A stretch of DNA of 64,000 bases, from assembly GCA_964016885.1 (NCBI GenBank), contig OZ024751.1:21142001-21206000 (forward strand), written 5' to 3'. A program made the translations under genes and the position numbers. Shown piece after piece: positions 1 through 11,164 of this stretch (position 1 is the stretch's first letter; every line of letters begins with the position of its first letter). This DNA comes from Eledone cirrhosa (taxonomy: Eukaryota). The notes beneath the pieces are model-generated. The model had not been told where the DNA came from. It searched no databases and saw only the letters and a list, made by a program, of their open reading frames with translations.

Positions 1-443
1 AACAGGTAAGGTCAGTAAACCTTATTACTACCTTATTACCAGTAAGATAAACAGCTCAATGAAACAATTGTCAGCAATTAAATGTTCTATCATGTCTGTG
101 TATATGTATATAGATATATATAGATATATTGCGCTCTCTCTCTCTCTCTCTCTCTCCAACACGATTGTTACTCTAAACCTTGGAACACTAATAATTACTC
201 TGGCGGCGTCTTCTTTCAAATTCATATATTTATTTATTTATTTATATCTATTTATATATTTGTATATATTTCTGTTTTATATATCTTTGTTGTTTTACTT
301 TTATAAAGCCTAGGGATGAACAAAAACAATGTAAAAATGCTCTCACACACACACTGACACTATATATATATATATATAAAGTATATATATATATATAAAA
401 TATATATATATATATATATAAAATATATATATATATAGTGAAG

Positions 444-690
444 AATTGTTTCATTGATCAATGAAACAATTGTCAATACCTGAAATAAAGTCCCTTGTTG
501 TACAGCCAACCATGTTACGCTTCATTCTTTCACACCAAGTATAACCTACATAGGAATTACCGTGAACTCGCTGCCTAACTATGGAAACATCTTGTTGAGT
601 CAAACAAAGCCGTACGTTAAAACTATCCACGACGCAGAGTACTCACAACCTCTAACTGGATTACCTTAAACGATAACTTGTTATCCCATA
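444..690 (+). mobile_element. Family E (TA)n-flanked element end: short fold-back, hammerhead 3' half and long tail
   Basis: 28-bp palindrome aattgtttcattga|tcaatgaaacaatt (444-471) overlaps GAAA-caattg-TC. The tail (~540-690) is similar to 63127-63281 and both end at (TA)n. GAAACAATTGTC also occurs at 61-72. Confidence 0.55.
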
Positions 691-705
691 CATATATATA
701 TATAT

Positions 706-928
706 AACGGAAGAAATGTGGTAAGGAACCAGGTGGACCATAACGCACCAAAGTACTCAATACTTAGGGTAGTAGAGTGGGTAATAGGAACGAGTAGGAC
801 CCCGACGGCTGAGCTCAAGCCGTTTCGACGGCTAATTCTGGACTAAAAAAAAAAAAATTTTTTTTTTTTTTTAGTCCAGAATTAGCCGTCGAAACGGCTT
901 GAGCTCAGCCGTCGGGGTCCTACTCGTT

Positions 929-933
<5 letters not shown>
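706..933 (-). mobile_element. Family A fold-back element in (TA)n (Penelope-like terminus), A13/T15 apex
   Basis: Tail aacggaagaaatgtggtaagg... is followed by inverted arms ataggaac...ctggact / agtccag...gttcctat separated by polyA-polyT. (TA)n on both sides. About 13 copies or fragments in the window. Confidence 0.85.
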
Positions 934-978
<45 letters not shown>

Positions 979-1239
979 CAGATAGATATTTATATCGGGA
1001 TTTACTAGAATAGACTAATAATACCATGTTCAGCTAAGTACTTGATACTTGAGAAATTTGAGTGTGTTTAATGGAAATATATATATATATATAATAGTAG
1101 TAATAATAATAATAATGGGGGTAGGGGAAAGTCGATTATATCGATCCCAGTGCGGAGTTCGATCCTGGTCGGGATGTAGAGTTCCTGGTAAACCTTTTCA
1201 GTTTTCTATGGGATGTAAACTAAAAAAAGATTAGATGTA

Positions 1240-1318
1240 TTTCTTGACCGGGATTGAACCCACGACGTGTATCTCTACCGTCTCTAGTACCTACCGCTAG
1301 GTGACTTAGACGGCTACG
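1240..1318 (-). mobile_element. Degenerate tRNA-like (SINE head) fragment
   Basis: Minus strand carries a B-box-like GGTTCAATCCC; no complete cloverleaf. Confidence 0.3.
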
Positions 1319-2189
1319 AAAATCTACTGAAAATTCATACTTATAAATCTACTTTCAAATAGATAGAAACGGCCGGAGCTCAGCCGTCGGGGTCCTGACT
1401 CTTTTCCTATATATATATATATATATATAGTTGTGCTATGGTGCTTCCATAGGCGGTATGCCAAAATTAGCACTCGATATTCAGCAGAGTAGAGTGTAGA
1501 TAGTATAAAGAAAACAAAAAATCAGTGATGCATCTGGACTTAATTTATTGCGTGTTACAAATGTTTCGCGTCATGGTCCTTGTATGGATCTGGCTGATTC
1601 TACTTTTGCAGGTCCTTTCGTTTGGAGCAAATTTTATCACTGGGGTGTTATCATAAAAAAACCCTACTTCCACTCTTGTCATGCCATTGGGTGTTTTTAC
1701 TCCACGTCATCACAAGTTCTGGCCAGTATTTACTGCCACACGGGTCATCAGCCATTTTCCGTCCGACACATTTCGATGGAGTCATGCTGGGTTCAGTATC
1801 TCACACGTCAGTTCACACTTCAGAGTAAGCACCCACACATAGTAATATACACACACATGTACACACACATGCAGACACAGACAGATTTATGCATACACAC
1901 ACGTACGCTTACATGCGCAGACACACACACACTCCCACATACATACATATATGTATATATACACACACACTCTCTCCCTCACTTCCACGGACCCACACTT
2001 GTGTCCCACACTTGTGTCCCACAAGTCTATGAGATGTGCGTGTCTATACAGTCACTTTGGGATATATTTGCATAATGGAATAATAGAAACTGTATTACTG
2101 CCTCGTTGTGATCTTTGACCTTTTCTATCTCAATTGTAAAAAATAATTTAGGCATTCAAAAACAATTTTGTTTTCTTTTTGGTATGGAA

Positions 2190-2226
<37 letters not shown>

Positions 2227-2714
2227 CTGGCGTGTTTATATTTTGTTTTCAGAAAACGAACAAAATAAAAAAAAAAAATTAATAAAAAGATTATTATAAT
2301 TTTTCTCGTTATTATTGTCATTAATTATTTTTATTATTATTATTATTTATTTTAATTTTGTAATAATTTATGCATTCTCTATTCTTGTACATTTATATAG
2401 GTATACGCATACGGCTGTGCCTGCATGTGTCTTAGTGCTTGAGTGTGTATGTGTATGTGTGTATGTGTATGTCAGTGTGTGCCAGTGTATGTGTGTGTGT
2501 GCGTGTGTAGTATATCAATATTTTTGTATACGCTTCAGTGCGCTCTTTGAGCTCTGAGTTGAAATCACACGCACACATGACATGGTTTATATTCACATAT
2601 ATATGTAAGTGTGCCTGTCATTCTCTCTCTCTCTCATTCTCTCTCTCTCCCTCTCTCTCTTCTCTCATTCTCTCTCTCTATCTCTATCTCTCTCATTCTC
2701 TCTCTCTCTCCTTC

Positions 2715-2765
<51 letters not shown>

Positions 2766-2933
2766 CTATATATATATATATAAATATTATATATATATAT
2801 ATATACAGAATTACAGTTCTGGAAACTCAGAACAAGCAATCTAATCCTGCTTGCTAGTTTCTGCACAATATTGGTGTCGCCCTTACATCGCATTACATCT
2901 GCATATATATATGTATATATATATATATTTTTA

Positions 2934-3134
2934 TTTTATTTTATAGAAGGAGCTTCTACAGGACTAGTACTGTTTCATTCAGATGAAATCTTCAGGAAGC
3001 TTCCTGAAGATTTCATCTGAATGAAACAGTACTAGTCCTGTAGAAGCTCCTTCTATAAAATAAAAAAAATTTACTCTGCCATGTATTGAGTACCTTACTT
3101 ACTGTGGTTATCCCCGACTCAACCCGGGACCTAC

Positions 3135-3135
<1 letters not shown>
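2934..3135 (+). mobile_element. Family B fold-back element: perfect 132-bp palindrome plus ~70-bp tail, in (TA)n
   Basis: 2934-3065 is self-complementary about aag|ctt (2999/3000). Tail tactctgccatgtattgagtac...acctacg then (TA)n. Relatives at 47212-47372 and 48817-49014. Confidence 0.85.
2998..3048 (+). ncRNA. Type I hammerhead ribozyme (family B); mirrored copy on - strand 2951-3001
   Basis: agcttc-CTGAAGA-t.ttc atct gaa.t-GAAA-cag tactagtc ctg-TA-gaagct. Stem I agcttc/gaagct, stem III cag/ctg, GUA triplet, predicted cut after 3042. Confidence 0.8.
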
Positions 3136-3203
<68 letters not shown>

Positions 3204-3592
3204 CACATACATATATATATATGCACACATATATATATATAAATATATGTCATTTTGTGTCTTGGTGGTATATATATATATGTAAAAGGTAAACAGAAAT
3301 AACAGAAAAATCGGTACAGTATATGGAAGGAATATATTAGTTTAACGCTTGAATTAGCAGGAAGAGGATCTTAACAGGAAGAAGGAATGAGAAATTAGAA
3401 AGATTGAAGGGGCGGGCGGGGCGGAAAAAATGTTTTTAGAGAAAAATAACAGGTCCATTAATGTTGCCATCTCTTGGAAAACTGTTGGGGCTGACGTTTT
3501 GTGTTTGATATATTTTCTTTCGAAAATTCGATGATGTAGCGCGTCTACCTGAAATGGAAAAAAAAAACGTTTTGTATATAGAGCTATAAGTG

Positions 3593-3644
<52 letters not shown>

Positions 3645-4083
3645 AAAAGTTCTATTTAAATTGTTGGGATACAACAAGCAAATATTTTTATAACTGATAT
3701 AAAGCACTCAACATATATTTGGAGTAAAAATATGATATTAACAAATGGAAACTATATTTATAAAACCATATTTATTTCATTATACATATTTCAAGGATAC
3801 CAAGTTAAATTATGGTGTGCTTTCATCAGATAAAATATAATATAGATCAGTTTTATAAATAAATATTGACATACCCTTAAAGAATGCAACCATTACTGTT
3901 GGACCGGGAGCTCCCGGATAGTAATGGTTGCATTCTTTAAGGGTATGTCAATATTTATTTATAAAACTGATCTATATTATATTTTATCTGATGAAAGCAC
4001 ACCATAATTTAACTTGGTGTCCTTGAAATATGTATAATGAAATAAATATGGTTTTATAAATATAGTTTCCATTTGTTAATATC

Positions 4084-4086
<3 letters not shown>
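3645..4086 (-). mobile_element. Family C fold-back element: ~167-bp inverted arms plus tail
   Basis: Arms 3731-3897 and 3920-4086, spacer contains ccgggagctcccgg. Tail 3645-3730 matches the tail at ~49640-49720. Microsatellite flanks. Confidence 0.85.
3980..4044 (+). ncRNA. Minimal type I hammerhead ribozyme (family C); mirrored copy on - strand 3773-3837
   Basis: tattttat-CTGATGA-aag.c.acacca...tggtgt.c.ctt-GAAA-tatgta-TA-atgaaata. 8-bp stem I with one GU, near-palindromic minimal stem III. Confidence 0.75.
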
Positions 4087-4131
<45 letters not shown>

Positions 4132-4644
4132 TTGAATCTCCGTTGGTTCCGCCGAGAAGTGTTCTAAGTTTATTCAACATAACACCCTCTGCATGAAATT
4201 AAAGTGCATGTGGCTCAGCACGCTACAGACATGTCCACTTTAGAATAATTCTCAGGGAGATTCAGCGTAAAACACCTTCTGTAATTCAAAGAGCTAGCCT
4301 TTGAATTACAGAAGTAACATAAAATAAGATTTTATTAAATGAATTTCAAAACTCTATTCTGGTATTGACTATTCCTCTTTCTCACCCGTCCACCTTATAC
4401 GGACATATCTGCATAAATACAGAGTGTGTAACCGAGACAGCAGCGACCTGTATAAACAGTGTATTTATATAGATGTGACTTTATCATACACTTCGTTTGC
4501 TAGCACTTTTATCAATGCACACACACATACACACACACACACATATATATGTATATATATATACATTTATATATATACATGTATATATATATATACACAC
4601 ATATATTTATTTATATATACATCTCTCTCTCTCACTCTTTCACT

Positions 4645-4700
<56 letters not shown>

Positions 4701-4702
<2 letters not shown>

Positions 4703-4883
4703 CGAAGGAAATGTGGTAAGGAACCAGGTGGACCATAACGCACCAAAGTACTCAATACTTGAGGTAGTAGAGTGGGTAATAGGAACCAGTAAGACCCCGA
4801 CAGCTGAGCTCAAGCCGTTTCGACGGCTAATTCGAATTAGCTGTCGAAACGGCTTGAGCTCAGCTGTCGGGGTCTTACTGGTT

Positions 4884-4888
<5 letters not shown>
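4701..4888 (-). mobile_element. Family A fold-back element in (TA)n
   Basis: Same tail and arms as 706-933; apex aattc|gaatt with no spacer. Confidence 0.85.
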
Positions 4889-4955
<67 letters not shown>

Positions 4956-5362
4956 CACACACAGTATATATATATCAATATAGTAGTATTATCTCTTATT
5001 TTCCCCCTCCATTTTATATATTGCAATAGTGTTATTTATTTTCTGCCCTTCATTTGACGTCACACCATTGCTTGTCTAACACTTTCCTTCATATTTGTTT
5101 CCGGCGTTTTCTGATATTTTCAAATCTTTTAAGTTTTGAATATTGTTTTTGTTTTATAAGTCTTTGAAATTCCATTTCTGCTGACACAAATTTACTTGGT
5201 TTATTTTTAATCTAAATTGAATATATATAGTTCACACTACTTCTTTTTGTATTGAGTACCTCATTAGTAAATTTCGCTTGTTAATATAATTTTTTTCGTA
5301 TTTATGTGTGAGTATGTGTGAGTATGTATACATGTATGTATACATGTATGTATGTATATATG

Positions 5363-5790
5363 CTTATTCTCCTGGTTTTATGATTTCACAAATTTTTGCC
5401 AATAGAAAGAGAGAGTCGGTTTCTAACATAGATACAAGACTCTCTCATTGGAATTTACACAACATCAACTAGGTAGATATGTATGTATGTGTATGTAGGT
5501 ATGGATGTTATTGTATGTGTGAATGTGCATGTTTTGAGTTGTATGTGTGTATGTGCATATGCTTTGTATCTGTACAAGTATATATGCAGTTATTAGATGT
5601 AGAAGTTTTGGAATGTTTTACATATTTTTACTGTTCCATTAATGGATTGTACTTGTAATTTCCTAACTAGTTGTGTTCTTTCTGTTTCTGTGAAGCCCAG
5701 CTTCTTTAGATTTGTATTGAGGCAGTTACTAACATACCCCAGTGCCCCAATAATCACAGGCATAAATCTGAATGTATAGTCAGGGTGGAA
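5363..5790 (-). mobile_element. 3' fragment of R4/Dong-like non-LTR retrotransposon (endonuclease C-terminus plus putative 3' UTR)
   Basis: Minus-strand frame 5790-5593 reads FHPDYTFRFMPVIIGALGYVSNCLNTNLKKLGF...LQVQSINGTVKICKTFQNFYI*. The PVIIGALG motif parallels PVVVGALG at ~54930. Not in the ORF track. Confidence 0.7.
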
Positions 5791-5845
5791 TATGTATGTA
5801 GGGCAAGGCCTTTCTTCACTTAAAATGCTTCAAGCAAACACAAAC

Positions 5846-5959
<114 letters not shown>

Positions 5960-6002
5960 CATACAAACACACACACATACACACGCACGCACATACACAC
6001 AC

Positions 6003-6137
6003 GATGTCCTTCGGTAGTTTCCATTTACTAAATTCCACTCACATGGCATCGAACAACTCGAAGCTATATTAGAAGACACTTAACCCAAGGTTCCACGTAG
6101 CCTGAATGAACCCAGAACCTAGTGCTGCTCTTACCAA
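6003..6137 (-). mobile_element. Degenerate SINE fragment (second family)
   Basis: gaagacacttaacccaaggttccacgtag...gaacccagaacc resembles the reverse complement of a tRNA-head/CORE-type SINE. Confidence 0.4.
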
Positions 6138-6254
6138 TAAGCTAAATAAACTATAGCTTAGGGCCATACACCCGCGGGGGCTATTTAAAGAATATATATT
6201 TTGATTTTATGATTTTATCATTAGCTTTTACTTTGTAACACTATATGAAACTAT

Positions 6255-6438
6255 AATTGTTTCTACTTTTGGCACAAGGCCAGCAATTATCTCAGTGCAT
6301 TACTGGTACTTTATTTTATCGACCCCGTAAGGATGAAAGGCAAAGTCAACCTCGGCGGGATTTGAACTCAGATCGTAAAGGGACGTAACTATGCTGGAAA
6401 GCATGGCGTCCGACCCTCTACCGATACTGCCAATCCAC
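6255..6438 (-). mobile_element. tRNA-derived SINE (family S1)
   Basis: Minus strand has A-box TGGCAGTATCGG, B-box GAGTTCAAATCC, central gcctttcatccttacggggtcgataaaataaagtacc domain, and ends agaaacaatt. Many near-identical copies. Confidence 0.9.
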
Positions 6439-7371
6439 AATAATCATGTATACTTATTTAATTTTTTTACCCGAATTTTCTTTAGAGAAGGGCCCCAAAG
6501 GTGAAAGCCCAGTCAAGCCAGAACCACATGGTTGTGAAACGAACTCCTTAACCACTCAGCCACGCCTGTCATGTGCCTCGGGTTTACATTTAGATATATC
6601 GTTTTTCTATTACATACAGAAAGTATTGTTACTTTGATAAAATAAGAAACAGCTGAGCTTAATTACATGTTTTCCTGCAAGGCATATGATGTAATATTAA
6701 TATACGCTATCTGATGCCTGATGTAATCTCTTATTATATATAATCATAATTAGTCTTACTTTAAAGATTGTTTAGGATTAAAACCCAATTTTAAGGAAAA
6801 CATTATCAACAACTAGACAATTATTATATTTAGTTTCTTTAGACATCGTCCATGCTCAGTATATATATATATATATGTATATATATATCACATGCTGATG
6901 GTGGTTTCAGGAACAGAAGAAACCTTATGAACATTATGTTATGCATAGAAAGAGAAAGAGAGAGGTGGGTTTAATAAATAGCAAGCAAGATTAATTATAC
7001 ATCACTTCAGACTAGAAGATTATGATGTGTGGTGTAATGTATAATTAATTTCCCTTTATAATCTACAGTTCAAGGAAACAGGCTTTCACTACATTCTCCG
7101 CTCTGTATGAATAACACAAAAACATAAATCCACCAAAAATAATAATGTCCTCAAATTTACTATAAAGCGGTTTTCAAAATGGGCGCTACCACCCCCGAGG
7201 TAAACCCCCGGATATTGCTGGTTGCCATTTTCAGCTGATTATTCTGGAGAGATGATATAATAGTATATTAAATATCAAATGAGACATATTATATATACAT
7301 ATAATAAAATAAAAAATATGTAATATTTATTTATACATATTATATATCATATTATTTAGTATATATAAATT

Positions 7372-7672
7372 AATTGTTTCTATTTTAGGCACAAGGCCAG
7401 CAATTTCCCAGTACATTACTGGTACTTTATTTTATCGACCCCGTAAGGATGAAAGGCAAAGTTAACCTCCGCGGGATTTGAACTCAGATCATAAAGGGAC
7501 GTAACTCTATGCTTCAAAGCATGGTGTCCGACTCTCTACCGATACTGTCAATATAAATTAATTGTTTCTACTTTTGGCACAAGGCCAGCAATTATCCAGT
7601 GCATTACTGGTACTTTATTTTATCGACCCCGTAAGGATGAAAGGCAAAGTTAACCTCGGCGGGATTTGAACT
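7372..7672 (-). mobile_element. Two adjacent S1 SINE copies (second one truncated)
   Basis: Same sequence as 6255-6438 at 7372-7551 and 7560-7672. Confidence 0.85.
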
Positions 7673-7879
7673 GCCAATATAAATTAATGATGTTATTTAT
7701 TGTATATTATTTACAATTTGCGTGTATGCAGGTCTCTCTGGATATAGGGGTGAGGTGGGGAGAGTATTACGTGGCCATGAGGGGGGTGGGTGGGACGATG
7801 GTCCACAAGGCTGAGAGCCCCTGGTCTAAACTATGCAACCTCTGATGGCAACATTGCAAACAACAACAATAAAATACTG

Positions 7880-8200
7880 CAGCATAAAAACTAGGTCCTC
7901 TCTACATGGGTCGCATGCCGCCCGCGAAGCTTTCTCAATGGCTCGACTAAGTCACCTAAGTGGAATCTTTCTGATTGTTTTACCCCAACTTTTCAGTCGT
8001 AATTTGTCTTTCTGTCATTTTTACGATCGAGGAAAACAACGTGTACGAATTCTGAAGAAACAAATCAAAACAACCTGAGTTACTGCCCTTGTTTGTTAAT
8101 GTGGGCGGGCACGTATGTAAACTAGCACTTGCGGCCCGCCTGATGATGAGCCATATCTCATGCGGCCCACTTCTCGAAAAAGGTTGCCCTTGCCTGCTCT
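7880..8200. mobile_element. Degenerate hAT-type MITE remnant
   Basis: Repeated gcggccc motifs and terminus aaaaaggttgcccttgcctgctcta resemble hAT/Charlie non-autonomous ends. Left TIR not clear. Confidence 0.4.
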
Positions 8201-8372
8201 ACAGAGTCAGATAAAGGTAACGACCCCATTGATGGAGAAAGTAAAAAAGAATTAAATGGAATATTCTTTTACAATAAACTCCGTCGTTTTTGACGGGTGC
8301 TATAGTAGCATATATATATATTATTCAAACCCCTTATATATATATATACATGATATATCTGTTATTCAAACA

Positions 8373-8421
<49 letters not shown>

Positions 8422-8497
8422 ATATATATATATATATATATGCATACATACATATATATATATGTATGTATGCATATATATATATATATATATATAT

Positions 8498-8682
8498 AAT
8501 TGTTTCTACTTTAGGCACAAGGCCAGCAATTACCCAGTGCATTACTGGTACTTTATTTTATCGACCCCGTAAGGATGAAAGGCAAAGTCAACCTCGGCGG
8601 GATTTGAACTCAGATCATAAAGGGACGTAACTATGCTGGAAAGCATGGCGTCCAACCCTCTACCAATACTGCCAATCCACCA
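8498..8682 (-). mobile_element. S1 SINE
   Basis: Near-identical to other S1 copies; 3' end abuts (TA)n. Confidence 0.9.
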
Positions 8683-8733
8683 CCTGATATATATTATATT
8701 AATAAATGGAAACTATATTTATAAAACCATATT

Positions 8734-8799
8734 TATTTTATTATATATATTTCAAGGGCAACCAAGGCAAATTATGGTGCGCTTTCATCAGATAAAATA
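8734..8799 (-). ncRNA. Minimal type I hammerhead ribozyme (family C) in element remnant ~8695-8920
   Basis: Reverse complement reads tattttat-CTGATGA-aagcgcacca...tggttgccctt-GAAA-tatata-TA-ataaaata. Perfect 8-bp stem I. Confidence 0.75.
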
Positions 8800-9680
8800 C
8801 AGATTCGTTTTATAAATAAATATTGACATACCCGGAAAAAAGACAAACTGTTGAGTGCTTTATTAAGTTATAAAAATGTTTAAGCTTGTTGAATCCCAAC
8901 AAATTAAATATAACCTCTGCATATATATATACGTACATACATACAGTGTTTGAATAACAGATATATCATGTATCTGCACATAACTATACATGCACACACA
9001 CATAAGCAGACACACGCACATAAACACGTATAAACACAGTCCAACACAGAACACAAACACACATGCACACAAACACACACTCACTCACAAACACCAACAC
9101 ACACTATATCACAGTTTGAACTTTAGTTGAACTCACACTGAAAAAGTAGATCAAGAGATAAGACACAAAGAGTGATAGTGTGAGGTGAAGGGGAGTCTAT
9201 TGCTCCAATTAGGGAGACACTTCCTTACTTCATCTATAAACTAGAGTAGAGTCTGCTGCCTGCTTGTCTACCCCTCTCACTCTTTCTGTCTCACTCTTTC
9301 TTCTCTCTATTACTTCACCCTTACTCTTTCTCTCTCTCTCTCTCTGTCTCTGTCTCACTCTTCCTTCTCTCTATTACTTCCCCCTTACTCTTTCTCTCTC
9401 ACTCTGTGTCTCACTCTTTCTTCTCTCCACCCTTACTCTTTCTCTCTCTGTCTCACTCTTTCTTCTCTCTATTACTTCACCCTTAGTCTTTCTCTCGTTG
9501 TCCTCCCCCCACCCTCTCTCTCTCTGGTTGGTTAGTTTAGCTGGTTTGATGGATGAATTTCTTTTGTTTATTGCTTTCCCTCTCTTCATAGCGTTTGTAT
9601 ACCGATACATACATACACACACACATACATACACACACACACATACATATATACATACATACATACATACACACACACTC

Positions 9681-9746
<66 letters not shown>

Positions 9747-9789
9747 TATACATACATATATATGAATAAAAAAAGTGATATATATATAT

Positions 9790-9968
9790 AATTGTTTCTA
9801 CTTTAGGCACAAGGCCAGCAATAACCCAGTGTATTACTGGTACTTTATTTTATCGACCCCGTAAGGATGAAAGGCAAAGTTAACCTCGGCGGGATTTGAA
9901 CTCAGAACATAAGGGGACGTAACTCTACGCGTCAAAGCATGGCGTCCGACCCTCTACCGATACAGCCA
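9790..9968 (-). mobile_element. S1 SINE
   Basis: Matches S1. Confidence 0.9.
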
Positions 9969-10119
9969 GAAATATACATATTTGTGTAGAGGAAGGTATC
10001 AATCCGACAGCGACGCCGAGCGTGTGTATATTATATACAGAGTGTCCCCCCCCCCCCAAAAAAAAAATGTATACACACTTCAACAGTATTCTACTAAATA
10101 TGTGTATACAATTTTGGGG

Positions 10120-10152
<33 letters not shown>

Positions 10153-10266
10153 TTCATCGCTTTATTAAGGCAAAGTTTGCGTCCGCTGTCTGATGTCTTT
10201 ATTGAGTACACAGGAGAAGCTATGAATCTCTACTATGGTACTGAGAAGTATTCAATCTTGCGATCG

Positions 10267-10297
<31 letters not shown>

Positions 10298-10820
10298 ATG
10301 TGTGTGTGTGTGTGTGCGTGTCTGTGTGTCTGTGAGTTTGTGCGTGTGTGAACATGCAACCTAAGTGTAGTTTACAGGGGGGATCCAGCTTGACAGAGTA
10401 TACATCACAGTATACAAGCTCTTTGGCCTACAAACAAAAACCTGATTGTGCTTTCACTAAGCATGTAAATAAACTGGAGATATATATTCTTAATCTTGAA
10501 GTTATCTGCTCCCCTTCATGGGAAGACCCTAATTATGAACGATATACCCTAACCTTGGCCACCTCTAGATAATGATCTAAATTATATAATGATTGTAATA
10601 AGAACCATATAATGGATAATGAAATAAGGAAAAGGCCAGCCCGTTGCCAGGCTTTGGTGGTGGTGTGTGTGTGGGTGGGGGTGGGGGTGAGAACTTCACA
10701 ACATTCGGGGGTTGGGGTCGGGTGGAGAGAGACTTCAGAACATTCGGGTTGGGGAGTTAAGAACATTCGAGGGAGAAAGTTTCTCTTTCGCAAGAAACTT
10801 ATTTCAGGACGTTTATATAT

Positions 10821-10864
<44 letters not shown>

Positions 10865-10879
10865 GTATATATATGTGTG

Positions 10880-10911
<32 letters not shown>

Positions 10912-11129
10912 TATAGATAGATATATAAACATATATATATATATATATATATAAATATTTCGTATCTCCAAAGAAATACGGTTTTAGGAAGCCGTAGCTA
11001 TGCAAACACCGGGGGGCTAACGCCCTCTGGTGATGTCCAGCAGAAGCAAGGGGGACAACCGTCTATGCATTTCAGGCTTAACTGGCCTTCGTCAGGACGG
11101 TCCCTCGCATATATATATATATATATATA

Positions 11130-11164
<35 letters not shown>

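Noticed and set aside
1548-2075. 175-aa ORF
   Set aside because: No recognisable domain; second half is CA repeat.
4497-5057. Recurring peptide [28 protein letters not shown]
   Set aside because: Translation of the non-coding family A repeat; recurrence reflects DNA repeat copies.
6255-6438. tRNA gene
   Set aside because: A/B boxes are present but there is no cloverleaf; it is a SINE head.
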